The notes below the pieces were generated by a model. The model was not told the origin of the DNA. It did not search any database and was given only the letters and a program-made list of their open reading frames with translations. Both the position numbers and the translations under genes were made by a program. DNA of 63,410 bases, the filler included, from Octopus bimaculoides (Eukaryota), in assembly GCF_001194135.2 (NCBI RefSeq). It is 5 parts of 4 records of this genome, joined end to end, with 100 filler letters (N's around TTAATTAATTAA, not from the genome) between each part and the next. Parts side by side here need not be neighbours in the genome. Positions count along the whole stretch, not along the records: positions 1 to 3,869 come from NC_068995.1; positions 3,970 to 29,054 come from NC_068981.1; 3 more parts are not named here. One strand, written 5' to 3'. Shown in pieces: positions 1 to 14,149 of the stretch. Every line of letters starts with the position of its first letter. The first letter of the stretch is position 1.

Positions 1-574
1 ATATATATATATATATATATATATACATATGTACTTACATACATACATACAGAGAGAGGGGGCAGAAAGAGGCAGGGAGGAAAGGGTAGAGCGATAGTTT
101 TTAAAGATAGAACTTGAAGCAGATAGAGCTATAAATAGTAGTAAATATCGGGGCACGAAGCCACATCTGTTAACGTATCGGACGTTTTACTATTCTACCA
201 AAGCATTCTCCATCCGTTTTAAAGCTTCTAAAATGGATGGAGAACAGATTGATTACTGACGAGAATTGCATGTTTGAGAGACGTGAAATATATTACTTTT
301 ACCAATAGAACTCGATGTGGATAAAGCTATAAATATTAGCATATAAATATTAGGTTAAAAATCCCTCGGAAGGAAGAAGTTGAAGGCTAAGCTCGGGACA
401 CAAACTCACATCTGTAAATACGACAGACGTTCTTCCATAGTACCAAATTAATCCTTCGGAATTCTCCATTCATTTTAGAAACATCTAGAAACACCAACTG
501 AATAATTTTTAACGGGATATCGATCTATTATGAACATAATATGGGATGCCTGTATCAATAGTCTTGTAGCTCTT

Positions 575-800
575 GAAGGATCAAAGCCAACAGCAATGAG
601 GCCCTCATCATCAAACATCACTTGAGATGAGCAAATCAATGTTCATTGCATAGATAGCACGACTACCACGTCAGAAACTGTACAGCGAATTTAGCAACAA
701 CAAAGGATCAAACGGGGGAAACCGAAGATCATGTATAATGTTACATCACCGTTAGCGCAAGTTCCATTGAATGAGTTGAACATTCATACATCCTGTCTGT
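575..800 (+). mobile_element. RTE-clade LINE remnant (distal C-terminal part)
   Basis: Frameshifted translation SNEALIIKHHLR*...RLPRQKLYSEF...G resembles RTE IEALIIKHQLRWAGHV..RLPKQLLYGEL. Confidence 0.6.
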
Positions 801-839
801 CCAATGTATATCATCAAAGAATGCAAAAAAACAAAAAAC

Positions 840-1250
840 AAGATCCAAACAGCACACTCAGCTCTGGGAAGCTAACCCAGTAGAATCTTTTGGAGCAGTA
901 GTCTTACATGCAAACCACAATGATGATCTACAATGCTTTAGTTGTACCTACCCTATTGTATGGGTGTGAGACATGGACCCTATACTGCGATACCTGAAAA
1001 AGCTCGAATAATTCCATCAAAAGAAACTCCGGTCTGTCTTGAACATCGATTAGGAAGACTACGTTAGCAGCATTGACGTACTAAAGAGAGCGCGACAGAT
1101 TAGCATAGAGGCCACAATGATCAGGAATCACCTCAAATGGGTAGGCCACATGGCTCGCATGGGGTGGGAGAGGGAAGAAACGGGCTCCTAAAGATGATTC
1201 TATTTAAGGAACCGAATAATGGGAGACTAAAAAGGACGAATTAAAGGAAA
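840..1250 (+). mobile_element. RTE-clade LINE remnant
   Basis: MIYNALVVPTLLYGCETWTLY ... FHQKKLRSVLNI ... SIEATMIRNHLKWVGHMARM, typical RTE post-RT motifs, with stops and frameshifts. Confidence 0.85.
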
Positions 1251-3625
1251 TATTTACGGAGCATAAGACACGCAGTAATACATATGTACATGTACACACG
1301 CGCACGCTTATATATTATGAATGCCTGGAAAGAAAAGGAAGGAGAAAGAGAGAGAGAAAGAAGGAGAGAGAGAGAGATGTCCAGGAATGTCTCAATGAAA
1401 ATAAATGAACCATCTGTCGCATGTATTGTTTATATCCCGTCAACAAGACCCGATGTGTTTCTTCTTCCTACGGACTTTACGGTGGCTATTTGAAAGGTGC
1501 TTCTTTGAAAGTCGACACTCTGTCTCCATCGTATCAATTACAGAGACATCAAACAAAGACACACCAAATAGCAGACATTTTAATCATATTATAATCACAC
1601 AGACAAGCAACTAACTTTTCTTTCTCTACTTTTCAGCAGTTTCATTTTCTTTCTTTTCTTTTCTTTTCTTATTTTTTTGTTTTTGTTGTCGTCCCGTTCT
1701 GTGTTTTGTATAAACCCACTACAACACGGCACAGCGCGCGCGCACACAGACTCTCTCTCTCACACACATACGCACACAAGCGGACACACACACACACCCA
1801 CAAGGGGCTAAACATAGAGGGGACAAACAAGTCCAGATAAAGGGATTAAGTCGAGTACATCGACTTAATGTGTGTGTGTGTGCGTGCGTTAGACATGAGT
1901 AATTTGCTGCTGAGGAGACTTAACATTGCGAATAGAGTCAAAATCATTGCAAATTTCGTTTTGGCTTACTCCATCCGCCTGACTGGTTGAATTAACCTTG
2001 AGGCGAAGCTGAAAGTTCTAGTCAACACAAATTTTACAACACGCACACACACGCACACACACACGCGCGCGCGCATGCGCATGCAAACACTCATACTTAC
2101 CCATAATGTATACATAATTTTATAGGCATACAAACGTAAATGTGCATGCATGTACTACGTTTACAGGACGTCACCAACTGTAAATTACATGAAGTACGAA
2201 AACAAGCAAGATAAATACGCAAACATGACAAGCAACTCAAAGAACGACCCTTCAATAGTTGTCGGCTGTACGTCTACTCCTCATTTTGAACAGTGAACGA
2301 CAATATGAGTCTTCGAAGACAGTTACTCCCATAACTTCCAAAATAAATTCGGGATATTATGGAGGGTCAAAGTTGAGGACAAAAACAGGACAGTTGAGAC
2401 ATACAAGGAAACCGAATGAAAACTAACGACCAGAACGAGGGGAAATATATATATATAAGCACAGTCATTACCGACGAGGTAGTATTAGTAATGATTAGCA
2501 ACCTATATATCATACTAAATGTGGTATTCATCTTGAGAAAGCATGTCGTATAAACGCATAGGGGTAAAAAACGCAGAAGCATCCTGCAACCGTGATGGAA
2601 GAGTTAAATTCGGTTCATTCCGTAGTCTATCACCTCTACTTCTATAACTTTCCCTCTCCCTTCTACTCTTTCTCCTCATTAACATTAAGAATAACCAGAC
2701 GAACAAATGTTTTCCTTGCTTTTCATATCTATGTGCGTGTGTGTAAGTGTGTGTGCACTCGTACACGCAGAAACATAAAAGTTAGTTATTGTTCTAATAT
2801 TATTGATAATGAGATTGAGAAGGAAAGGGATGTGGAGGAAATAAAACAAACTTATAATGCTGGCGGTGGCATGGTTAATAGTAAATACGTCTTTGTAGTT
2901 GTTGTTCTTGTCATTGTTATTGATTCAATGTTTCTGTCATTGTTTTCTGTATCTTTCAAAGTGAAGACAGCAGCAGTTTCGTACTCATAGAAAGCTATAC
3001 AATGACATGGCCTTCTTGTGTCGCTAATAAAGGTCAGAGAATACAATTTTTTTACATAGTGATAGACAGACAGAACGATATACAAATTGATCGATACATA
3101 AATATTTCTAAAAAAAAACAAAGGAAAAAGACGTAGAGAAAGATGAATAGACAAACAGAGAGCTGTATTGATAACCAAATAGGCAGGCATACACACACAC
3201 ACACACACACTCACACACACACACACACATATCAAATGAAAATAACAGAGTGAAATCTAGTAAGAACCACAAATGCAAGCAACAACGAGAAATGCGCAGC
3301 AGAGAATGTAGTAGTGTCAGTAGGTAAACAATGTAATTTCAGTAAGAAAATGAGGTGACGAGGGTGGGGGGTGGAGAGGAGCTGTATGAGGAAGGCAGAG
3401 GTGTAGGTGCAGAGGTGTAGGTGCAGCAGGAATGAAGTATTGTTACAAACAAAACTGGGATAAACAGCTGTTAAAGAGTACACAAGCCTGGACACAAATT
3501 TCCCAACTGTTATCTGTTGACATTCAAGCGAATTTACAGATGCACACACACATGCACACACACATATTTTACACGCAAATATATATATATTTTATTGTTT
3601 TTTATATATATATATACATATATAT

Positions 3626-3869
3626 ATGCCTTCAAGTGCCCGGATAGCCACTCTTGCAAGCTACGCAGACGATACAAAAGTCTCGCAGAAAATACAGAAC
3701 TCCAGTGATGTTGCACACCTGCAGCAGGAATTGGACTCAGTTTACAGATGGGCTGAAGACAATAATATGCAGTTTAATGCTGAAAAATTCCAAGCCCTGC
3801 GCTACCAACGTCCAAAACTGAATATGAAACTTACAGAGTACACTGGTCCACAGGGAATTTCAATCCCAG
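3626..3869 (+). mobile_element. CR1/L2/Jockey-group LINE reverse transcriptase fragment
   Basis: SYADDTKV...LQQELDSVYRWAEDNNMQFNAEKFQALRY (YADD motif and downstream RT domains). Runs into a gap. Confidence 0.9.
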
Positions 3870-3969
3870 NNNNNNNNNNNNNNNNNNNNNNNNNNNNNNN
3901 NNNNNNNNNNNNNTTAATTAATTAANNNNNNNNNNNNNNNNNNNNNNNNNNNNNNNNNNNNNNNNNNNN
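3870..3969. other. Artificial scaffold linker N44-TTAATTAATTAA-N44 (also 29055-29154, 45293-45392, 59291-59390)
   Basis: Four identical 100-bp blocks. The palindromic 12-mer puts a stop codon in all six frames. Confidence 0.95.
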
Positions 3970-4096
3970 CGTACACGTCACAAACTTGTGATCTGTGTAG
4001 ATGACTATTTTAAATTGTGGACATCCTACACTATCTCTATCCGCTGTCCTACATAGAACTCTATCTAGATACGATCTCGACGATCCGACGCGGTTT

Positions 4097-4150
<54 letters not shown>

Positions 4151-4689
4151 GAGATAGACATTATAAAAGAATAGACAGTAGACAGCAGCAACGAAAGAGA
4201 CTCTGCGAGTGAGAGAGGCGTGTAAATATATCTAAGACGGTGTTTCCCTATTTATTTTCCTCTGGACCCCACTATAACGCTCCAGAAAATTGTATGTCCC
4301 ACCAGCGTTTGGGAAAAAACAACTTTATTTTCAATATTTTATCACAATTATTTAATACAAAAGAATCTACCGGTAAATATTTTACTAAGTACTGAGTACA
4401 TAAATGAAAGTACATGATTGACTAAGAAAGATACAATGAGAACCGTGTCCCTGACGTCTATGACGCCACGCCCCACCACAATTTTCCCAGCTCCACCGGT
4501 GGGGCGTATACTCCACCTTGGGAATGACTGATGTAAGGTAAATCGGTGAAAGTATAGAGGCAATGAATAAAATAATAATAATAATATAGAGCGTGAGCGA
4601 ATAATAAATATTGTGTTCACGTGGGGAGGGAACTTTGTAAATGAATGACAAAGAAGCAGCTTGAGTTAAGAAATGAGGGGGATATATAC

Positions 4690-4695
<6 letters not shown>

Positions 4696-4756
<61 letters not shown>

Positions 4757-4922
4757 TGTGTGTGTGTGTTAAATATCCAATGCTTACTCGGAGTTTTAAT
4801 AGACTTTACACAAACTCAGCTGAACGTATTGACTTCTTTTCTAGTTTGCATCTCTTTCTGTATATACATCTTAGCGTGAAGAGAGTACGGCAGCAGTAGC
4901 AGCAGTAGCAACAGCAGCAGCC

Positions 4923-4984
<62 letters not shown>

Positions 4985-5262
4985 TTAGAGTCACAGGTAA
5001 TCATAAAACAACAAATCTATAAAGTATGAAGGGAAAAGGAATTAGCACGGAAGTAAAGGAAGAGGCCAAATCTTTGAAGTTGTAGTTTTCCAGCAATAAG
5101 CTCAAGTTTAAATACAACATTCAAATATGAAGTTTCTTTCTTCACTGAACAATGTCAATTATCTGCCAGATTGTTCACTTCCGGTTTCGTTTTATCGATA
5201 CTATTAGTAGTATTGCGGGTAGAAGAGGATTTGATAAGTATAAATTTCTCTCTCTTTTTCTG

Positions 5263-5329
<67 letters not shown>
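4696..5329. repeat. Microsatellite cluster: (GT)n 4696-4768, (CAG)/(TAG)n 4890-4984, (CTAT)n 5264-5329
   Basis: Direct inspection. Representative of dozens of (CA)n, (TA)n, (GA)n, (TAA)n, (TACA)n and (GATA)n tracts across the window. Confidence 0.95.
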
Positions 5330-6766
5330 NNNNNNNNNNNNNNNNNNNNNNNNNNNNNNNNNNNNNNNNNNNNNNNNNNNNNNNNNNNNNNNNNNNNNNN
5401 NNNNNNNNNNNNNNNNNNNNNNNNNNNNNNNNNNNNNNNNNNNNNNNNNNNNNNNNNNNNNNNNNNNNNNNNNNNNNNNNNNNNNNNNNNNNNNNNNNNN
5501 NNNNNNNNNNNNNNNNNNNNNNNNNNNNNNNNNNNNNNNNNNNNNNNNNNNNNNNNNNNNNNNNNNNNNNNNNNNNNNNNNNNNNNNNNNNNNNNNNNNN
5601 NNNNNNNNNNNNNNNNNNNNNNNNNNNNNNNNNNNNNNNNNNNNNNNNNNNNNNNNNNNNNNNNNNNNNNNNNNNNNNNNNNNNNNNNNNNNNNNNNNNN
5701 NNNNNNNNNNNNNNNNNNNNNNNNNNNNNNNNNNNNNNNNNNNNNNNNNNNNNNNNNNNNNNNNNNNNNNNNNNNNNNNNNNNNNNNNNNNNNNNNNNNN
5801 NNNNNNNNNNNNNNNNNNNNNNNNNNNNNNNNNNNNNNNNNNNNNNNNNNNNNNNNNNNNNNNNNNNNNNNNNNNNNNNNNNNNNNNNNNNNNNNNNNNN
5901 NNNNNNNNNNNNNNNNNNNNNNNNNNNNNNNNNNNNNNNNNNNNNNNNNNNNNNNNNNNNNNNNNNNNNNNNNNNNNNNNNNNNNNNNNNNNNNNNNNNN
6001 NNNNNNNNNNNNNNNNNNNNNNNNNNNNNNNNNNNNNNNACCACCACCACCACCACCACCACCTCAAATATCAACATTACTAAGAATTCTCGATAGAGCA
6101 TAGTAGAAAGCCTATAGGTGGTTATTCGATCTGCTAAACGTAGGAACCAAGTTTCTGTTACATGACATCTCAGTTTTTGTAAAAATAAACGAAAAATAGA
6201 CCGAGTGATCATGAGTGTAGCGCTTTAGATTAGAAGTCTGCCTAATTCAAGGCTGAGTTGGTTTGTGGCTAAACAAAAAACATCGATGTCATTATTAGGA
6301 TATACGCGACGACATCAACATGTGCATTGCTATCACCATAGTAAATATTGCTATTATGATATTTGAAATAACACAGCGCATTAAGTTTATCTTACGATCT
6401 ATCTTGCACTTATTTGTCCAGACATCCAACAAAACTGTCAGTCAGCCAGTTTAATATACATGATGAAGCAAAACACTTCAGTGATATCGAGACGTACATC
6501 AAATTGCTATAATTTACCACCATTTGGTAGAAAGTAGTTTGGCATGAATTCTGCTAGCGCCTCACCACAACCATTATATGTATAGATGTGGAATTCACAT
6601 ACACACTCATAGCGAGATAGATAGATACACACACATACACCCACACATGCACACACACACACACATACACACACACACAGATATATATACAAACATATAC
6701 ACACATACACACACACACATATATATATATATAAATATATATATCTATGTACATATATATGCATAC

Positions 6767-6810
<44 letters not shown>

Positions 6811-9171
6811 NNNNNNNNNNNNNNNNNNNNNNNNNNNNNNNNNNNNNNNNNNNNNNNNNNNNNNNNNNNNNNNNNNNNNNNNNNNNNNNNNNNNNNNNNN
6901 NNNNNNNNNNNNNNNNNNNNNNNNNNNNNNNNNNNNNNNNNNNNNNNNNNNNNNNNNNNNNNNNNNNNNNNNNNNNNNNNNNNNNNNNNNNNNNNNNNNN
7001 NNNNNNNNNNNNNNNNNNNNNNNNNNNNNNNNNNNNNNNNNNNNNNNNNNNNNNNNNNNNNNNNNNNNNNNNNNNNNNNNNNNNNNNNNNNNNNNNNNNN
7101 NNNNNNNNNNNNNNNNNNNNNNNNNNNNNNNNNNNNNNNNNNNATATGAAAGTAAAAAGGAAAATGTCGAATCCATGACACACGAAAGAAAGAAACCATC
7201 CACTTATCTGTTTGAAGTAACGCAAATAGAAAGTAATCTACTGTTGGTTTAAATTAAATGTATACTTTGTTGTGTCTTTCTCGCTTTCTAAATGCTATTT
7301 CTTTTTCATTTTTTAAAAATAATCTTCGTTTTTCTTTTCTTGTTTTTTTTTTCTATCGTTAATCTCTATGACAGTAGATTAGCAGAATAAAAGTAGCGAG
7401 TCGGTAGATCGTTAGGAGTGTTTGAAATCCTATTGATATGAACTTGCCTTTTATCTTTTCGTAGTGGTTAAGTAAAGGACCAGTCAAGCACGGGGGCCGA
7501 TTCTTATCTTTCTGTCTCTCTCACCTCACTAACTTGCCCCCTTTTTTTTTTTCATTTTCTCTCTCTCTGGAAGAAATTGGCTCTGTTGAAGCCTAAAAGG
7601 ATGGGCTCCGCAAGGTTTAAAGTGCCTATGACACTAAGTAAGGTACCACAGCATCTTTACAATTATATCAGAAGTTAAGAGTTGAAGGAAGTATACGGCA
7701 ATGTGTAAGTTACATTGAAAATACTTCGCAGCATTTAGTTTCATGTAATTCTGTTTTAAGTTCAATTGCACCGACATCGTTTCTTTCATCCATCTAGAGC
7801 TCGTAGTGGCGATTATACATTAATAAGTTACCCTTGCGCGTGTACTGTGTCGATGTTAGAAATCTTTATTCCCTAAGGTGATGGCCTAATATAATGGGCT
7901 GGGTGCCAGTCAAATTATCCCATCGTATTTCGTTACATGCCGAAATTGACATTTCCGTTCGTCATTCGGTGTTCAAGAATTAGAGTCGATTTAATTGATT
8001 GTAGCCTCTGTCGAAATGAGAGCCAATGTTAGAAATCAATTTTAACGCCAAGCTTATTTGTTATAAAAGTTACTGCGTTTACCAAAGCTATACCACATGT
8101 GTGTTCACGAGATTGACTGAATTAAATTTATCTGAGTTCAGCACTAAAATATGTTGATATCTGATTGAGATGTACCGGTAGAAATTTAGAGGAAATAAAA
8201 ATGAAATAAATGAAATTGTATAGTTTATGTGTTTATAATTATATTTATGTTTACTAGTAACATTGATATAAATCTATGTCACGCAGGATTTAATCATGAA
8301 TGGGGTATTTATTTTAAAATTCAAAACTGACTCAAACTTTTTTATTTTGTTATAAATAATGACTATAATTTAATTTAATAGTATGTAAAGCAGACTTCAG
8401 GCGTTGCTTTTATGTTGTGCAAATGAAGCGAAAGTTATTCAAGTTTTAAGTTAACATAAAACAATTGATACGAAGGATTGTAAAAAGGACAACGTTGAAC
8501 CCAAAGATCAAACTGAAACTTTAAATTCACTAGATATTGAAATCCAATTGGCAAAAACATAAAAACTCATAAACAAGTTAGCCTGATTTTCTTGCTGATA
8601 ATTCGGAAGAATAAATACAGTTGGGCAAAAAAAAAAAAAAAAAAAAAAAAAAAATAAATAAATAAATAAAAACACAAAAAGCTATCAACTCTTTCAAAAT
8701 TTTAATATTTGTAGTCTTTAGTACGCATTTCACTAAATTACTTCATGACTCCCCACAACACTACAAACAAATCGTGCCACATTCATTCATTGTCTCACTT
8801 ATAAAGCACATCTGACTTGCTCCCATTAAAAAAAAAAAAAACTCTATTGTTCAGCAAACAAAACGGAAATAAATGTCATAGATGCCAACATAGTTTGACA
8901 TTCAGGGTTTTGATTCGGGAACAGAGAATGTTCATCTAAGCATTGAAAACAAAAAAAAACAAACAAGAAAAAAAAAACAAGCGAAAATCATTATCTAAGC
9001 ATTAGTTTGGATCGGTAGAAAGCTGTTTCTTTCAGTATTTATTAATTTATTTTGTTGCCATCTTCCTTTGCTTCATTTCATCACTACCTACACATATTTT
9101 TCGTTCTGTCCGTTTCTTTAGCATATTAATATATATACATACGAATATTACATTAATAACATACATATGTT

Positions 9172-9371
9172 TATTTCTTTATTACCCACATGGGGATAAA
9201 AATAGAGGGGACAAACAAGGACATTAAATCGATCACATTGAACCCAGTGCGTAACTGACGCTTGTTTAATCGACCCCGAAGGGCAAAGACAACGTCGCTA
9301 GAAATTGAACTCAGAATGTAAACACTAAGTATTTCACCTGGCGTGCTAACGATTCTGCCAGTTCGCCGCCC
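9172..9371 (-). mobile_element. tRNA-derived SINE family B, near full length (a 3' fragment also at 1797-1866)
   Basis: Head GGCGGCGAACTGGCAGAATCGTTAGCACGCC, B-box-like GAGTTCAA, body shared with more than 10 copies in the window. Confidence 0.85.
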
Positions 9372-11604
9372 TATATCAGAATTTACATTTAGTTTATACA
9401 ATTTGAATATACGGGCTGTTAGAGTGGAAAATGTGTAGAAAACTGTATTTATTATAGTATCTAGCTAAATTCTGAATCTAAGTCCTTCCATGGGTTGAAA
9501 TTATGTTTTATCACAACTAGGATGGATAAAATAAGTTCCAATAACCCACTTCATTTGATTCAGTCGACAGTACACCATCTACGCAAATATGTGGCTGTGT
9601 CCCCAATTTAGAAATCAATATGCACAAGAGCTTTGTAGTTTTATTGAGACATTAAAATATTACATTGTCATTGGCTTCGTCTCCAGGTCTTTCTTCCTAA
9701 TCATATATCCTTCAGAGTACATTTCATGTTATTTCAAAACAATCCTTTGTCAGTCTTTTTCACTTGAGACATTTTCATCTGCATATATATCTTTCCTCAG
9801 CAATAGTTGCCCACCACCCAACACTCTGTAAACTTGTGTAGCTGTAAGTTTTCCCTATTCTACTAATATCTATCTGAAATAATTTTCTTCTTAAACACCA
9901 CATTTTTCTCTCCCGCCCTCTCCCTCTCACTTTGTCCTCCCCCACTCTCTCTCTCTAATAGACTCTCTCCTCTTTACACATTGATTTTTCTTGATGTCAT
10001 CTATCTGCCATTAAAGTTGTCACGCTCTTTCTTCAATAGTCATCACTCCACTCATTATAGATTGAACCACCTCCCAGTTTCTGTCGCCTCTCACCGACTT
10101 AATGTGACATCTCCCTACACCCAACCTCTCTCTCTCTCTCTCACCCTCAATGAGTGTGTCTGTATGTATATTTACATTGTATGTGTCCCTGCCTGCCTGC
10201 CTGCTTATCTCCCTCTCTTTACACGCGTGTGTTTGTGCCAATTCGTTGTCCTTCTTCAAAGATTTCCTTTACACATTCTGAATCTATAAATATATCCACT
10301 TATTAACTTCAACAGTAATTTTCCTTTCTTTATCTTCCTCTTTTCTTCACACTCTCGTTCTCTGTCAATTGCCTTGTTTCACTTTCTTTCTCTTTCTAAG
10401 TACTCTCTCCACCCCAGCAACGTCATTTGTTTTATATTCCTTATAACTTTGAATGTACCTCCCTTTATTCATTGTCATTCGTACGAACACGCATCCCTTT
10501 CTCTCTCCACCTTTCTGTTTACAATTATATTTCTGTCCGCCAGCCTTTCTAGTTTGTTTCATTGCTTTCACCGATTGAACCCGTTCTTTTTCAACTCCTC
10601 TTCCTAGTTTCTTTTTTTGTCTCTTTTCTCATTTTCTTGTTATATCTCTTTCATTCATTCATTCATTCATTCATTCATTCATTCATTCGTTGTTTCTTTT
10701 GCCATATTTTCTTCACTACCTTTCATTTTGTCCTTTACTTTCTTTCATTACGTCTTTCATTTCATTTTCTTGGCTATTAGTTTCTTTCTTTCTATAAATT
10801 ATTCTCCCTCCCCACACACATCTTTTTCATCTGTCGATAGTTTCTAATTTTGAGGGTGACTGAGAGCGAAAATTTGTCATCTAATATCTCAGAAAGACAG
10901 TAAACGGCAACTGGACTGGCATTTCCTAATAACTTCACCAGTTTAAGCCATTGACATCTTTGACAATTTTACCCAGTTTCAGCTGCATTAGTGAACTTTT
11001 CAACTCAGTATATAAACCATGCGTACATAGTCACAACACAGTCATTTTCTGACACTTAATCAATTAGCCATCTGCAGCTCTAGAAGTAGCATTTAAAATC
11101 ATCACATCCAGATTGCAAATGTGATTAAAGAGTCCTATTTTATGCAGACAGTCGGTTGACAGAAAGATGATCCACGATTCCATATTCGTAGTAAAAAACA
11201 ATAAAAACAAAGGTTGTTTTCATTAAACTGAAGATTACAACGCACTTTCTTATAAGTTGCACCGTAATCGTCTGAACAAACTGCCCTATGACTTTTGTCT
11301 TGTATATTTCTGTACCCATCAATTTTGGTGGACTAAGTTCGAGTGTTACATTGCTGAGTAAAGAAGAAAGTACTTTTTGGATGTTGGTATGCCATAAACT
11401 GTTGTAGTTTCGATTGGGTTTGGAGCTGGTTTATCATGGTTTGTAGCAGAGAGACTATGATAACATATCTGTACACTACTTTGTTTCATTCTGTTAGCCT
11501 AATGTCATTACTATATATTTGAGCGTCTTTATGCTTTCTTTGCCGTATCTTCTATGTATACTTGGAATGCAGTGAATATGTGACTTCTGATATTTCTCTC
11601 TCTC

Positions 11605-11637
<33 letters not shown>

Positions 11638-11799
11638 ATTTGTCTATCTATCTATTTATCACTCTTGTATGTATATGGGTGTGTCAGTGTGTCTGTGTTT
11701 TGCTTGATGGTCAGCTATATTTATATCTCCTGGTATTGTTCAGTCGGTGGATATAGTAGATACTCCTTCAAATTGATTGTTTATGGATTCCGGTGAATG

Positions 11800-12280
11800 T
11801 TGCAAAGACGTGAATGTTTTATATCTTATAAATAATATTATTTGAGGAAATGTAGGAAAGTTATTCAAGCATGTGTTGAAACAAGTGGTTGAAACAGCGG
11901 TTCGCTATGATATTCAACCCGAATAATTACAGGTTCTGTAAGCGTTTATATAATACACTGGGAGTGTTTGGTTACTTAATAATCTATAAGCCTCGATTTG
12001 GCAGCGTATTTGAACTTATTGAATAATAATTTTACGGGATAGCAGGATGGAACGGAAAAATTCTATGATGTCCGTGGTTGTTAGAAATGTAACGTGTGAG
12101 ATGGTTCCTGTTGGTGAAGTCATGTTTTTGTTGTTAGGTTTATGAGTAGTGTAGCTGTAAACTGCAGTGGTTTTAATACCCGTTGTTATTTGGCCGAGTA
12201 AGACAAAGTGAGTTTGTGATGTTATGGATTAATCTTTCTTGAATTTTGGATGATGTACATAAGAGAAAATCGGCTGCATG
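11800..12280 (-). mobile_element. Possible highly decayed Penelope-like coding remnant
   Basis: Strand-asymmetric composition and only faint peptide echoes (FPFHPAIP, QIRCQ) of PLE RT thumb motifs. Confidence 0.25.
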
Positions 12281-14149
12281 ACTTTACTTTTTTTTTGGGG
12301 GGGGGTAAAGTTGGGAGGGGGGATGCGTGGTATTATGACCAGATTCCACGCTCAGTTGATATGATTTGTTGTAGGTGTCGAGTGCTGTAATTTCTTCAGC
12401 GCGTTGGTATTGGTGATCGATTGCTGTAATTTCTTCAGTGTGTAGATGTTTCAGGTGCCACTGAAGCTTTTGAGATATGAGAGTTACCTCTTAATTTTTG
12501 AATCTTTGTTGGAGTGAATAACTCAAAACTGTGGGTCTAGGTAGATGGTACATATTTCCGTTTTAAGTTCCTATGTGTACTATCTTGTGGCTACTTGTGG
12601 TGTGATAATGTACGTATATTTCTTGAGATTATATTTCAGATATATGATGTCGCATTAGTGAGTGCGTTTGTTGTGGCAATAATTATTCGATGGTTCAAAG
12701 AAAATTGCAAAATCATTCGCAATGTGTTTGTGTAAAAGAGATTTACGTAGCAAAATGTGATATAAAACGGATAACAGTTGTTATTTCAAGATTAGTACGG
12801 TGTGCGCGTATATCTTGGTATATATTGTTCAGGATATAAAAGGGTGTTCAGTTGTGATGATATTATGTGACCCCCTACTATGATCTGAGGCAATTGAAAA
12901 CTAGGTGGCTGTAATTTTCAATGAGATACAATTTCCCCTACTTGACTTGATACAATATTTAGCGATAATAAGCTGCTATCAAATGAATAGACTAGATTCT
13001 ATGACAAATATGGCGGAGTGAAAATGCTTCAGTGGAGCATTCTGACATACTAACTTCTGACACTGTAATATTACTGAGAATTGACGAAAAAATTTTTTTA
13101 AATAAATCAAGGGAGATTGACAAGTAATTCATAGACATAGATTTCCCTTGTCGTTTTATAATATATAAGAATAACAGGCAATGAATATGTCTTTAATATC
13201 ATCTGATTGAAATTTTTGGACAATATACTCCAAGTACACTGTAGTAAATATTTTCTTTTAAGTGAAAACAGACACCTGTCTAAGTAAGAACCTATTTTTT
13301 TTAGATTCCATTCATTCATTCACATTTTCTTTTTGTGTTTTCATTTTTTCCATTAAGTTTTCGTGCTTCATTTATTCTTCAATTTCTTTCACGCTTGCTT
13401 TTCACTTTTATTCGTTTTCTTCCATTTTATATATCTTTACATCATTTTCTTATCCATTCATTCAATCTTTCATTAAAAAAGAACTATTTCTGCAAAAATG
13501 AGTGTATTATTGCTTGCTGTATGTGTTTTCCATTCACCCTTTGTTTTTTTGCTAACTGTCTTTCATTAATTAATTCATTCATTCATTCATACTTTTTCGT
13601 TCTTTCCATCTTTACCTCCATTTTCTCTACTATAATCCTATTTTTATGTGTATTACATGACTCGTCATCCAATATTCCTTTTTCCCACTGTACCTCATTT
13701 AAACTCGCAATACCAAATTTCACCCATAGTCATCGCTGTCTCATTTCACCTGGTCGCATAGTTTTACAGGAACTAACTTCCTTTACGAGCTAATTACGCA
13801 TCAATTATACACCCGACGCCTACTAAGTGTGCTACCGGGACATGGAATAATATCAGTGGCGATGCTCAATTACGATGTAAGCGGCAACGGCGTTGACGTT
13901 AATGGAACGGTATGATGAGATAGGAAACTTCCCTGTATTTGCGTGCATGTGTCTGTGTGTACGACCAACAACCCAAGTCTTCACATTGACACCAAAAATA
14001 TCAAAAGTATAAAGTGGAGCAGATAGCTTTGTAGGGAAAGTGACATCTCGTATTCACGCTAACAGAGACACACGCTTATTTGTGCATTCAAAAGCTAGCA
14101 GGTAAATGTACATATAAGTACATCCACACTTACAGTTCTATATTTAAGT

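Noticed and set aside
2190-2600. Likely interspersed repeat with a partial CTGATGA-like core on the minus strand
   Set aside because: No GAAA half or complete stems, and the family could not be supported from this window alone.
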